DNA from: a virus
Virus record (IMG/VR): IMGVR_UViG_3300043788_000101
Coordinates: 1 to 64,000 of that record
Strand: one strand, 5' to 3'
Length of the DNA stretch: 64,000 bases
Under the pieces are notes generated by a model. It did not search any database and had not been told where the DNA came from. It saw nothing but the letters and a program-made list of their open reading frames with translations. The position numbers and the translations under genes are program-made. The first letter of the stretch is position 1, and every line of letters begins with the position of its first letter. Positions 1 to 8,644 of the stretch are shown here, piece by piece.

Positions 1-444
1 GCGAACTTGGCCCGCGCGGACTTGGCCGGCGCTCGGAACGTCCCAGCTTCACTGAAAGACCACGTCGATCCGACCACGCCATACGTGCGCAAGTCGACGC
101 CGGACACGCGGCAGGCGCGCGCGCAGCGCTACCGCGAAGCGCACCCAGAGGTGCCTGTTGTCGAGAATCTTGACGCCAAGATACTAGAAGCCGTCACGAC
201 GGGCGGCGGTCACTTGGACATGTCGACGTGGCATGTCTGCGAGACGACGCACTGCCGCGGTGGCTGGACGGTTCATCTCGCGGGGAAGGCAGGCTACGAG
301 CTGGAGGCTAAGCTCGGCGGGACCGAATCGGCCGCGCGTGTCATCTACCGCGCCTCAACAGGTCGTGTGCCGCATTTCTACGCGACGAATGAGCATGCAC
401 TCGAAGACATCCGTCGCTGTGCCGCGGAAGACGGGAGCGTGTAA
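1..444 (+). CDS. Pentapeptide-repeat protein, 5' truncated by window edge
   Basis: Frame from base 1 reads ANLAR-ADLAG (A[DN]Lxx repeats), followed by a C-terminal domain LDMSTWHVCETTHCRGGW. Confidence 0.7.
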   Translation, partial: ANLARADLAGARNVPASLKDHVDPTTPYVRKSTPDTRQARAQRYREAHPEVPVVENLDAKILEAVTTGGGHLDMSTWHVCETTHCRGGWTVHLAGKAGYELEAKLGGTESAARVIYRASTGRVPHFYATNEHALEDIRRCAAEDGSV

Positions 445-707
445 TGGCAAGATCGAAGCTGACGGTGAAGGCGTCCGACACGCTGGTCGCGGCGTTCGTC
501 GACGACGGGCAGGGACCGCGGGTCGTGCTCGCTCCGGTCGAGCGCGGGTTCTTCGGCGACCGCATGGGGCACACGGTCGTCATCGGCACCAGCCGCGACG
601 AGGTCCGGGGCGTCATCCGCGCGCTGGCCGCGTGCCTCGAAGAGATGCCGGGCGCTGCGGTCGTCAGCCCGAGCGACGATCGCACCAAGCGAGTCACGTC
701 GCTATGA
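444..707 (+). CDS. Hypothetical protein
   Basis: TAATG overlap upstream and ATGA overlap downstream. Confidence 0.7.
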   Translation: MARSKLTVKASDTLVAAFVDDGQGPRVVLAPVERGFFGDRMGHTVVIGTSRDEVRGVIRALAACLEEMPGAAVVSPSDDRTKRVTSL

Positions 708-1210
708 AAGAGATCGCGCTGTCTCAAGGCAAGGCCGCTCTGGTCGACGACGCGGACTTCGAATGGCTGTCGCAGTGGAAGTGGAGAGCGATTCAGCCGG
801 AAAAACGGATCGAATGTTGGTACGCCGTACGCTATGAGGGTGCGAGGCCGAAGAGAGAAACGGTTTACATGCATCGTCAGATCGTGGGAGCGCCAGTCGG
901 CGCTCAGGTCGACCACAAGAGCAGGGATGGTCTCGACAACCGCAGGGAGAATCTGCGGATCGCCACGCGATCACAGAATATGGCCAATCAGCCCATTAGC
1001 CCGAAAAATACGTCTGGCTATAAAGGCGTTGCAATGCATCACACCGGCAAGTGGCAGGCCTACATCAAAGTGGATCAGCGGATACGATGGCTCGGGTCGT
1101 TTACAGATCCGCGTGTGGCCGCCCGGGCCTATGACTTCGCCGCCATGGCCCACTTCGGCGAGTTCGCCAGGCTCAACTTCCCACGACAGGGCACGGAGAC
1201 CGCACAATGA
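704..1210 (+). CDS. HNH endonuclease with C-terminal AP2 DNA-binding domain
   Basis: VDHKSRDGLDNRRENLRIATRSQN (HNH) plus NTSGYKGV...WQAYI...LGSF...AARAYD...FARLNFP (AP2); ATG at 704. Confidence 0.92.
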   Translation: MKEIALSQGKAALVDDADFEWLSQWKWRAIQPEKRIECWYAVRYEGARPKRETVYMHRQIVGAPVGAQVDHKSRDGLDNRRENLRIATRSQNMANQPISPKNTSGYKGVAMHHTGKWQAYIKVDQRIRWLGSFTDPRVAARAYDFAAMAHFGEFARLNFPRQGTETAQ

Positions 1211-1707
1211 ATGGATCGCCACTGAGCCCAGTTGGAGATTGGGTGATCGCAATCTGCGCAGGCAAAGACCTGATCGGGCAACCGCACTACGCCGGGCGAC
1301 CGCTTCGCTCCGTCGGTGGAAGCGTCGTCGGGCGCTCGACGGACCCAGGCCGCATCGTCTCGCTCTCCCCCGTCTTCGAGCTGCAAATCAAGATCGAAGT
1401 CCTGCAGGTCATGGACGCCAGAACGCGCCAGGCCGCGCGCGATCCCCAGGGTAATCCCATGCTTCAGCAACGCGCTCAGTACAGCGCGGTCCCGGTCCTG
1501 CTACTCGCGTCGCTGGCCAGCATCGACCTGCCCGAAGGCGCCATCCTCATCGAGGTGACGTCGCTGTCTCCCGAGGACCGAAAGCGCATGGCCTCATGCG
1601 TTGCGCAAGCCGAGGGGATGCAGGCGAACATGCGCGCGGCCGAGACCAACCTCACGCTCGTGTCGAGCCTGCCGGCCGGGATGCCGAAGCCGCCGGGGCT
1701 GCCGTGA
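1207..1707 (+). CDS. Hypothetical protein
   Basis: ATGA coupling, GGAG RBS. Confidence 0.75.
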   Translation: MNGSPLSPVGDWVIAICAGKDLIGQPHYAGRPLRSVGGSVVGRSTDPGRIVSLSPVFELQIKIEVLQVMDARTRQAARDPQGNPMLQQRAQYSAVPVLLLASLASIDLPEGAILIEVTSLSPEDRKRMASCVAQAEGMQANMRAAETNLTLVSSLPAGMPKPPGLP

Positions 1708-2003
1708 GAGCGATCGACATCACGGCGCCCGATCCAGACTGCGCCCACGAGTGGAAATTGCAGAGCGGGAACGAGTACGTGTGCCAGCGATGCGGCATGC
1801 TCGGCTCGATGGGACAAGACGACCCCATCAAGCTCGGCGTGTGCCGAGATGCGGCTGGCGCGCTCCGAGTGGGACTCGAGATCACGAACGGGAAAAGCCG
1901 CGTGGCCATATGCCTAACGGAACCGGCAACGCGCGAAATCGCCAAGTCGTTCGTGGTCGCAGCCGACAAGCTCAAAGAACTGATCGCGAAGGAAGTGTCA
2001 TGA
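1704..2003 (+). CDS. Hypothetical Zn-ribbon-like protein
   Basis: GTGA overlap; CAHEW...CQRC. Confidence 0.65.
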   Translation: MRAIDITAPDPDCAHEWKLQSGNEYVCQRCGMLGSMGQDDPIKLGVCRDAAGALRVGLEITNGKSRVAICLTEPATREIAKSFVVAADKLKELIAKEVS

Positions 2004-2233
2004 CCTACGCCGAGAAGGTTCAGTTCTTCCGCGACGCCTTCGAGGGCGTGCCGCTCGCGGAGTTCGACGGGCCGGAGGCGTTCGCCATGTTCCGCAAGAT
2101 GTCGGTGCACGCGTGCCGGGTCGCCGAGTTTCCGTACGACGAAGAGTGGCCGCTCGCGGCGCTGGAGGTTCTCTGCGAGGAATCGCCGGCCGCGAAGGAG
2201 TACTACGGGCGGACCAAGGAGCATATCTCATGA
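2000..2233 (+). CDS. Hypothetical protein
   Basis: ATGA overlaps at both ends, AAGGA RBS. Confidence 0.7.
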   Translation: MTYAEKVQFFRDAFEGVPLAEFDGPEAFAMFRKMSVHACRVAEFPYDEEWPLAALEVLCEESPAAKEYYGRTKEHIS

Positions 2234-2484
2234 GCGAAGAACAGCAGCCGCGTAACCGCCACGAGCGCAGGGCCGCAGACGCGTACCAGCTGTCACGGCG
2301 ACAGCGGGCCGGCATCGAGAGGCGAACCCAAGCGACGCTGCTCGACCTCTTCATCGTGAGCAACCGTGCGCTTAAAGCGCGGCTGCTCAAGATCGAAACG
2401 CGTGGCCTGCCCGCGTTCACCGGAACGGTGGCGTGGGACATCATCCGAACGAGACGCAAGGCCGTCGCGGAGCAGATGCCGTGA
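2230..2484 (+). CDS. Hypothetical protein
   Basis: AAGGAG RBS, NRHERRAA motif common in small phage proteins. Confidence 0.65.
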   Translation: MSEEQQPRNRHERRAADAYQLSRRQRAGIERRTQATLLDLFIVSNRALKARLLKIETRGLPAFTGTVAWDIIRTRRKAVAEQMP

Positions 2485-3566
2485 GCGACACCGAGCAAAC
2501 GCTCAAGCTTCTCATCGACCTTCTCCGCGCCAAGGTCGTCGACTTCAATTCGGAGCCGCCGCTCGAGTGGGACGCGGATGGCCACGAGGTCACGTGGAAG
2601 ACGCACGAGGGCGTGGCGTGGCATCAGACGCTGACGCTCACGCCGTACGATGCGGACGCGCGTCGTCAGTGCAAGGTCATGGCGCTCACGGGCTGGATCC
2701 GCGAGATGGGGACGCACGTGCGGCTTGGGCGAATTACGGGCGTCGAAGTCTTGCTCGACAAGAGCATGGACGCGGCAGAGCGATTGATGCGCGACGGCGT
2801 CATCACGGGCGAGGCGAGACTCAGCATCGGTGAGCTGTTCGCGGGCGCGGACGTCGACGCCAACGCCGAAGTAACCGAGCGACACGCCATCCGTGCCAAG
2901 GCCCAGGCGGAGCACGTCAAGGCAAGTAGCGAAGCGCTGACCGAGGCGCTCGCTCCGGTGGCCGCCGAGTTCGCGGCCAAGCACGGACTAGAAGCGCCGT
3001 CGCTGAGCTTCGAGCAGAGGCCATGCCCACCGGGCAGCTACGCGGGCTCGTTCGACTATTCGAACATCCCGAGAGGCGAAGCGCTGCCGCGAGAGAACTT
3101 CGAGCGAGCGGTGCGAGAGATGCGTGAGCAGGCGGACGGCTTGCCGCTCTTCGGTCCGCCCGTTCATGTCGATCCCGCGGCCATACGCGCCCGAGCCAAC
3201 GCCGCGCGTCCAGCGCCGTGGATCCACGAGTACTTCCACGGCACCGTCATGCTGCCGGGCGCGATCGGCGAGCCGTTCGGTTGCGAGTCGACGCGCGACG
3301 ACATGGTCTTCATCGGCTACGCCCGCGAGGATGTGCCGCAGCTACTCGACGTCATCGACGTGCTCGCGCGGCTGCTGCTCAACCCGGGACACGAGATCGA
3401 ATACGAGGGCGAGCGCGTCTTCACGTACCGACCGGGCGAGGTCATCGAGGCGCTCGCGGCGCTCGGGCTCGACACGGTCGAGAAGCGGGACGCAGCGCGG
3501 AGCAAGCTGTCGTGGTCGGGGGGCGGGAGTCTTGGGACAACGGACACGAAACCTGTAGGAGGATAG
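2481..3566 (+). CDS. Hypothetical protein with Ead/Ea22-like segment
   Basis: AIRARANAARPAPW...FIGYAREDVPQLLDVI resembles Ead/Ea22-type proteins; GTGA overlap. Confidence 0.55.
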   Translation: MSDTEQTLKLLIDLLRAKVVDFNSEPPLEWDADGHEVTWKTHEGVAWHQTLTLTPYDADARRQCKVMALTGWIREMGTHVRLGRITGVEVLLDKSMDAAERLMRDGVITGEARLSIGELFAGADVDANAEVTERHAIRAKAQAEHVKASSEALTEALAPVAAEFAAKHGLEAPSLSFEQRPCPPGSYAGSFDYSNIPRGEALPRENFERAVREMREQADGLPLFGPPVHVDPAAIRARANAARPAPWIHEYFHGTVMLPGAIGEPFGCESTRDDMVFIGYAREDVPQLLDVIDVLARLLLNPGHEIEYEGERVFTYRPGEVIEALAALGLDTVEKRDAARSKLSWSGGGSLGTTDTKPVGG

Positions 3567-3570
3567 ACGA

Positions 3571-3858
3571 ATGGCAACGAAAGCAATCGAACTCGGCGAC
3601 ACGGCGAAGGACACAATCTCGGGCTTCACCGGAGTCGTCACGGCAGATCTCGTGTACCTCAACGGCTGCCATCGGGTCGCGCTCTCGCCACCGATCGCGA
3701 AAGACGGAACGTTCAAGCAGACGGAGTACTTCGACGTCGAGCAATGCGCGGTCGTCAAGAAGGGCACGCACAAGCGGCTAGACCCGGGCGGCGGACCGAT
3801 GGAGAAACCGAACCGGCTTCCGAATCCGATGCCGCGACCTGGGCCTGTACCGCGGTGA
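3571..3858 (+). CDS. Hypothetical phage protein
   Basis: AGGAGG RBS; LGDTAKDTISGFTGVV...LNGC small beta-rich domain. Confidence 0.75.
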   Translation: MATKAIELGDTAKDTISGFTGVVTADLVYLNGCHRVALSPPIAKDGTFKQTEYFDVEQCAVVKKGTHKRLDPGGGPMEKPNRLPNPMPRPGPVPR

Positions 3859-4070
3859 TCGTCGCGTCTCTCATCGGAGCGGCGGCACTCGTCTGGGTGT
3901 CGTCGCTCGTCTTCGCCAACGGTGTACTCAAGCGGCAGGCCATCATCGAGAAGGACCCGCGCCTCGACTTGCTACAGAAGACGCACGACCAGTATCTGCA
4001 CGTCGGGATGTACTCGTCGGCGGTCGAGGTCAAGAAGGAAATTGTCGCGATCATGGGAGAGCAGCGGTGA
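3855..4070 (+). CDS. Small membrane protein
   Basis: GTGA overlap; N-terminal hydrophobic helix. Confidence 0.6.
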   Translation: MIVASLIGAAALVWVSSLVFANGVLKRQAIIEKDPRLDLLQKTHDQYLHVGMYSSAVEVKKEIVAIMGEQR

Positions 4071-4186
4071 GCCCTAAGCGTTTCAACCTCGCGTCGGTCG
4101 ACTGGGTGGGTGTAACCGTCTACGGCGTGCTTCTCCTATCGATTGCGGCGTGCCTCTACGGCGCCTGCCAGGACCCGCCGCGATGA
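4067..4186 (+). CDS. 39-aa membrane peptide (not in ORF track)
   Basis: GTGA and ATGA overlaps fill the gap exactly; VGVTVYGVLLLSIAACLYG. Confidence 0.55.
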   Translation: MSPKRFNLASVDWVGVTVYGVLLLSIAACLYGACQDPPR

Positions 4187-4668
4187 ATCACATTTTATGC
4201 GACGAGTGCGTACTCGCGGTGTTCCGCGATGCCGTGCCAGGCGAAAAGACGTGCACGCACGGCTGCTACAACGCGAAGTGTATCCGGTGCGGAAAGCAGA
4301 ACCGGAGCACGCTCATGCATCCAATCCCCGAAGAGACGTTGATGCACTGCTTCGGCGGCGTGGACGGAAATCCGTACGACGCGGACCCGCAAGCGAAAAC
4401 CGCTCGCTCGCGGTGGGCGGAGAAGTTTGGAGAGACCGAGCACAAGACGCGGTGCTACTTCCGCGCGACCGTGCACCTCTTCGATCGCGAGAAAGTGGGA
4501 CTTGAGAAGCGAGAGCTTCGCTGCGAACTGGAGCGCGGCCATTCTGGATACTGCGAGCTGAGCTTCCCGAATGAGCCGGAGTACGGCTACTCACAAGGCA
4601 AGCGATACGTGTGGGACGGACGCGGCGACTACTTACGTGAGCACGGTGCGCGGAGCCTGGACACGTGA
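4183..4668 (+). CDS. Cys-rich hypothetical protein
   Basis: ATG at 4183; several CxxC pairs. Confidence 0.65.
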   Translation: MNHILCDECVLAVFRDAVPGEKTCTHGCYNAKCIRCGKQNRSTLMHPIPEETLMHCFGGVDGNPYDADPQAKTARSRWAEKFGETEHKTRCYFRATVHLFDREKVGLEKRELRCELERGHSGYCELSFPNEPEYGYSQGKRYVWDGRGDYLREHGARSLDT

Positions 4669-5039
4669 CGCCGCTCGTCTTCACCGTCGACGGTCCGCCG
4701 CAAGGCAAGCAGCGCCCGCGACTCGGCAAGGGCGGCAACATCTACACGCCCGCCGAGACGCGCGCCTACGAGCGCCGCGTCAAGGTGCTCGCGCTGCAGG
4801 CCGTCCGCTCGCACGAGTCGTGGCCCATGGCGACGAGCCTGCCGGTGCGCGTGACCCTGCGACTATTCTTCGAGAACAGCCGCAGGCACGACGCGGACAA
4901 CGTCGCGAAGGCTATTTTGGACGCGGGCAACGGGGTCGTGTGGAAGGACGACGATCAGGTCGCGGAGCTTCACGTCTACAAGTGCCTCGATGCGGAGAAG
5001 CCGCGGGTCGAGGTGAGCGTCGAACTGGGGGCGTTCTGA
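4665..5039 (+). CDS. rusA: RusA-family Holliday junction resolvase
   Basis: GPPQGKQRPR...DADNVAKAILDAGNGVVWKDDDQV. Confidence 0.93.
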   Translation: MTPLVFTVDGPPQGKQRPRLGKGGNIYTPAETRAYERRVKVLALQAVRSHESWPMATSLPVRVTLRLFFENSRRHDADNVAKAILDAGNGVVWKDDDQVAELHVYKCLDAEKPRVEVSVELGAF

Positions 5040-5040
5040 G

Positions 5041-5247
5041 ATGACCGACGACCAACTGACCTGCCGCTGCGGCCAACCGCTGCCGACGTTCTCGCTCACG
5101 AACACGCACGGGCCGCGGTTCACGTGCGGGTGCGGGCGCCAGTATGGTCCGCCGGACATCAACGTCGGCGTGCTACTCGATCGCGTGGACGCGCTGCAGG
5201 CTCGGGTCGAGGCGCTCGAGGCGAAGAATGAGGAGCACAAGCTGTGA
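5041..5247 (+). CDS. Small Zn-ribbon plus coiled-coil protein
   Basis: CRCG...CGCG followed by heptad helix. Confidence 0.6.
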   Translation: MTDDQLTCRCGQPLPTFSLTNTHGPRFTCGCGRQYGPPDINVGVLLDRVDALQARVEALEAKNEEHKL

Positions 5248-5612
5248 AAGTCCTCGTCACCGGCTCGCGCAAGTGGACCAACTGCGATCTCATTCGCGCC
5301 GAGCTAAAAGCGTGGGCCGCAATCGACCCTCAGCTCATCGTGGTCCACGGCGCGTGTCGAGGCGCCGACGCGATCGCGGGCTCGATTGCGAAAGAGCTGG
5401 GGCTCACCGTGCGCGAGTACCCGGGCGACTGGCTTCGCTACGGACTCGCAGCGGGGCCCATTCGCAATAGCGAGCTTCTCAAAGCGGAGCACACCGACTG
5501 CGACGTCAAGATCGATCTCTGCCTCGCGTTCGGCGACGGGCCTGGCACGCGCGACATGACGCGCAAGGCGTTCTCGAAGGGGATCCGAATCGTGGAGATA
5601 CACGAGGTATGA
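5244..5612 (+). CDS. SLOG-family (DUF2493-like) protein
   Basis: KVLVTGSR...VVHGACRGAD...AAGPIRN...AF.DGPGT. Confidence 0.88.
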   Translation: MKVLVTGSRKWTNCDLIRAELKAWAAIDPQLIVVHGACRGADAIAGSIAKELGLTVREYPGDWLRYGLAAGPIRNSELLKAEHTDCDVKIDLCLAFGDGPGTRDMTRKAFSKGIRIVEIHEV

Positions 5613-5857
5613 GCATCCCGACGCGCCTGGACATCGCCGCCGAGTTCATTCGTCAGTTCCCGCGCTGCCGGCTGACCTACGACGAGCACGTCTTCTTGCA
5701 GATGATCCACGTCGCTCGCTCGAACGGCGTCGGCTACGGCTGGATGCGCCAGGCCATCGGGCTCGCTTGGAAGCTCGACGACCCGGTCGGCTACATCGAC
5801 GACGAGCGCCTCATCGCTCTCTCGAAACTGATTGAAAAGGACGGCGACGAAGCGTAA
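5609..5857 (+). CDS. Hypothetical protein
   Basis: ATGA overlap. Confidence 0.65.
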   Translation: MSIPTRLDIAAEFIRQFPRCRLTYDEHVFLQMIHVARSNGVGYGWMRQAIGLAWKLDDPVGYIDDERLIALSKLIEKDGDEA

Positions 5858-5887
5858 AGAATCAGGCACGCTCGATAGGAGGGCACG

Positions 5888-6712
5888 ATGACAGAACGGA
5901 CGAACGGGCAGCGACTAAGCCCGGATCAACAGGCTGACCTTACTTGGTACTTTTGCGAAGCCGAGGCTGCGCTTGGGGTGAGGTCGAGCCTGGGTGCCCA
6001 GATCAACATGCTCCAATCACGCGCGATGCCGGAGCGCAGCCTGGCCGAAGCGCATGCCGCGTGGGACGTGTGGGACGTTCCGCTGGCGGGGCCGCAGGAC
6101 GCCAAGGCGCGCAAGTGGGCCAGGGCGGACGCGGAACTTCGAGCCGTGTGGCAAACGCTGGCCGTGTCGGGCGCCTCGCAGGGCGATTGCACGAGGTACG
6201 GCATCGCGTTCGATGACGTGCGCCACGGCGACGAGCAGGGGCTCGGCCTGGACTTCGTGACGTACGAACCGGACTGGACGCGGATAGCGGGAGGCGCCGC
6301 GCAGGTTCGGCAACGGAGTCGTAGGGTGTGGGGCGCGCTACGCACGATGAAAGAGAAGCCAGGTGGCCTTCGGCACGAACTGGTCTTGTTTCGAATTTAC
6401 GGGCCAAAGATTGCGGTGCTTCAAGAGAGCAAGATGGTCGCGAAGAACGAGCGCGAAAACTTCGAACTTGTGCCGCTGTTTGAGTACTGCGGCGAAATCA
6501 CGAGGCGCTTCGATGGTACAAGTGATCGTCGGCGCGTGCTCGAGTTGGCCCTGCGAAAGCCCACGGAAGCGCTCAAGCGTGTGCTACGCGAGCAAGCGAA
6601 AGAGCTTTTGGCACACGCGTCGGTGGCCTATTCCGCAGCCGCGGAGTCCGCGATAGTCGAATTGAGAGACAAGAAACGATCGCGCGTGATTCGACTCATG
6701 GCGGCTGCGTAA
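5888..6712 (+). CDS. Hypothetical 274-aa protein, possible late transcription regulator
   Basis: AGGAGGG RBS; lies between RusA cluster and terminase; function inferred from position only. Confidence 0.6.
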   Translation: MTERTNGQRLSPDQQADLTWYFCEAEAALGVRSSLGAQINMLQSRAMPERSLAEAHAAWDVWDVPLAGPQDAKARKWARADAELRAVWQTLAVSGASQGDCTRYGIAFDDVRHGDEQGLGLDFVTYEPDWTRIAGGAAQVRQRSRRVWGALRTMKEKPGGLRHELVLFRIYGPKIAVLQESKMVAKNERENFELVPLFEYCGEITRRFDGTSDRRRVLELALRKPTEALKRVLREQAKELLAHASVAYSAAAESAIVELRDKKRSRVIRLMAAA

Positions 6713-6720
6713 GGAATCAT

Positions 6721-6885
6721 GGCTGCGCGGGGCCAGGCTAGGCTCAGCAAGGCATCGTGGGTCAACGCAAGGCGTGGGAACGTCACGAGGAGAAGCCTAT
6801 AGGAGGGCAAGACATCGCTTGTCTCGGCAACACCAGGCATCGCACGTCCCGACGCAGCTCAGTAAGTCTAGTCAACGCAAGGCAA
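6721..6885 (+). repeat. Degenerate pentanucleotide array, 33 units, consensus GGC-NN
   Basis: 17 of 33 in-phase pentamers have GC at positions 2-3; GTCAACGCAAGGC occurs at 6761 and 6871, exactly 110 nt apart; followed by AGGC-TTCG-GCCT hairpin at 6887-6898. Confidence 0.85.
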
Positions 6886-6912
6886 GAGGCTTCGGCCTAG
6901 AATGAATCGCAA

Positions 6913-7323
6913 GTGAGTAAGTCAGCAGCACTCAAACTCCCGACCGGGCTCGCGAGGTCAGTCTCGATGTTCGGGCTGGCTGGGCGCGTCGCGAAGGTCA
7001 CTGGGCAGACGCAGTCCGCTTGCTACAAAAGAATCCGCAGACAGCTAATCAAGTGGCTCGGTCAAGACGTCGCAGAAGGGCACCCGCCGTGGATGTACCG
7101 GCAGCCTGGGCGGGCGCGCAATATCGCTTGGCGAATCAACTTGCCAGCGTTGCGAAAATGCCATCCGACATTTTTCGAGGACATCTCTCCCAAAGAGATT
7201 GAGGACCGCGTCGAAGTTCTCGAAGCTCAGGTCGTCGAACTCGAGTGGGCACGCGACGCGATGGCGGAGGAGATCGGAAAGCTTCGCGGTCAGGTGGCGA
7301 TCGCGCGGAGGGCGAGCGGATGA
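6913..7323 (+). CDS. Putative DNA-binding protein with C-terminal coiled coil
   Basis: HTH-like VAKVTGQTQSACYKRIRR; heptads IEDRVEVLEAQVVELE. Confidence 0.55.
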   Translation: MSKSAALKLPTGLARSVSMFGLAGRVAKVTGQTQSACYKRIRRQLIKWLGQDVAEGHPPWMYRQPGRARNIAWRINLPALRKCHPTFFEDISPKEIEDRVEVLEAQVVELEWARDAMAEEIGKLRGQVAIARRASG

Positions 7324-7562
7324 GCGTCGCCGAGTGGAAGCGCTACGGCCGAGTCGGCGGCACCACGCACGCCGCGCATCTCTTCGAATGGGCGAAGCAG
7401 CTCTGCACGGTGAAGCACTCTTTCTTCGCGGCCAAGAGCAAGACGGAGCAGGCGAAGTTCAAGCCGGCGCATCCGGCGGGGCTCCACCCTTCCGGGCTTC
7501 CGTTCGGGCACATCTGTCCGAGGTGTCTCAAGCTCTGGGAAGCGCGGAGGAGAGAAGCGTGA
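7320..7562 (+). CDS. Hypothetical protein
   Basis: GGAGG RBS, ATGA overlap, CPRC. Confidence 0.65.
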   Translation: MSVAEWKRYGRVGGTTHAAHLFEWAKQLCTVKHSFFAAKSKTEQAKFKPAHPAGLHPSGLPFGHICPRCLKLWEARRREA

Positions 7563-7834
7563 TCGACGATTCGACAGCAGCGCTCGCCGCAGCGTGGACT
7601 CTCGTCTGCGGCATCGTCGTCGGCTGGATCTTCCGAGGCGCCGAGGAGCGAAGGCGTGCGGTGGCGAGACTCGAGGCGATCGCAGCGGAGCGGTACGGGT
7701 GGGAATGCGTCGAGTCGAAGTTTCGCTGGGTCCGCATGCGCCAGCCGCCGACTCGTCCAGCGCTTCCGGGCGAGACGGACCCGCCAGTGATCGCTGACTC
7801 AGGAGCAACCAGTCAACGAAAATCGCGCGGCTGA
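7559..7834 (+). CDS. Small membrane protein
   Basis: GTGA overlap; ALAAAWTLVCGIVVGWIF. Confidence 0.6.
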   Translation: MIDDSTAALAAAWTLVCGIVVGWIFRGAEERRRAVARLEAIAAERYGWECVESKFRWVRMRQPPTRPALPGETDPPVIADSGATSQRKSRG

Positions 7835-8134
7835 GTTCTAAGTGCGCGACTTCTATGCGTTCCGTCGTGACTGCAAGCCTTGACGGAAATAGAACTGAGC
7901 CGTCACATTGCGCAACTTACAGTGTATTACCAATCTACGTAGTGTAGCGTCACTTCAGTTGGCCACTGTTGGACGTACTTGACCATATCCTACATGAAGT
8001 GTTTAGGAGTCTCGCAGTGGCCGCTTCGTCTGGGCCCTCCTACAACTCGTCGCTTCGACCGCGCGGGCTCCGCTAACGTTGACGCAACCTGACGCACTGC
8101 GTAGGTTCCACGTGACAACACGTCTCATCCGTAA

Positions 8135-8644
8135 GTGCCAGCCAAGAAGCGCAGACCACCCACAACCACAGCCCACGCCGCCAAGCGCGAGAGCGTCCTC
8201 TCCCGCCTTCTCGGCTTCGAGCCGCTGGCCGACATCGCCGCCTCCGAGCGCGCCACACCGGCGGCCATCAGCGACCGGATGAAGGTCGAGCTTGCGGCGG
8301 TCGTCCTGGCCCCGGCCGAGTTCGAGCACTTGCGGGCCATCGAGACGCTTCGGCTCGACCGCTACCGGCGGGCGCTCGATAGCTTGGCCATGACGGGCGA
8401 CGCGCAGGCCGTGCGGGTCTGCATCGACGCCTCTAAGGCCGTTCTCGCCTGGGCGCAAGCCGGGCAGGCGGTCAAGGTCGAGCACTCGGGCACCCTGAAG
8501 CACCTGAACGTTGACGCCACCAAACTCAGCGACGCCGAACTTCGAGACCTTGCGGCAGGCGCTTGGCCCCAGGCCCCCGAGGGAGCTATCGGCGGCGGCG
8601 GAGTTGGAGCGGCGCCGGAGACTGAGAGCGGCGGGGCTCCTTGA
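8135..8644 (+). CDS. Putative terminase small subunit
   Basis: Directly upstream of and overlapping the large subunit; KVEHSG...LSDAEL tail typical of small terminases. Confidence 0.6.
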   Translation: MPAKKRRPPTTTAHAAKRESVLSRLLGFEPLADIAASERATPAAISDRMKVELAAVVLAPAEFEHLRAIETLRLDRYRRALDSLAMTGDAQAVRVCIDASKAVLAWAQAGQAVKVEHSGTLKHLNVDATKLSDAELRDLAAGAWPQAPEGAIGGGGVGAAPETESGGAP

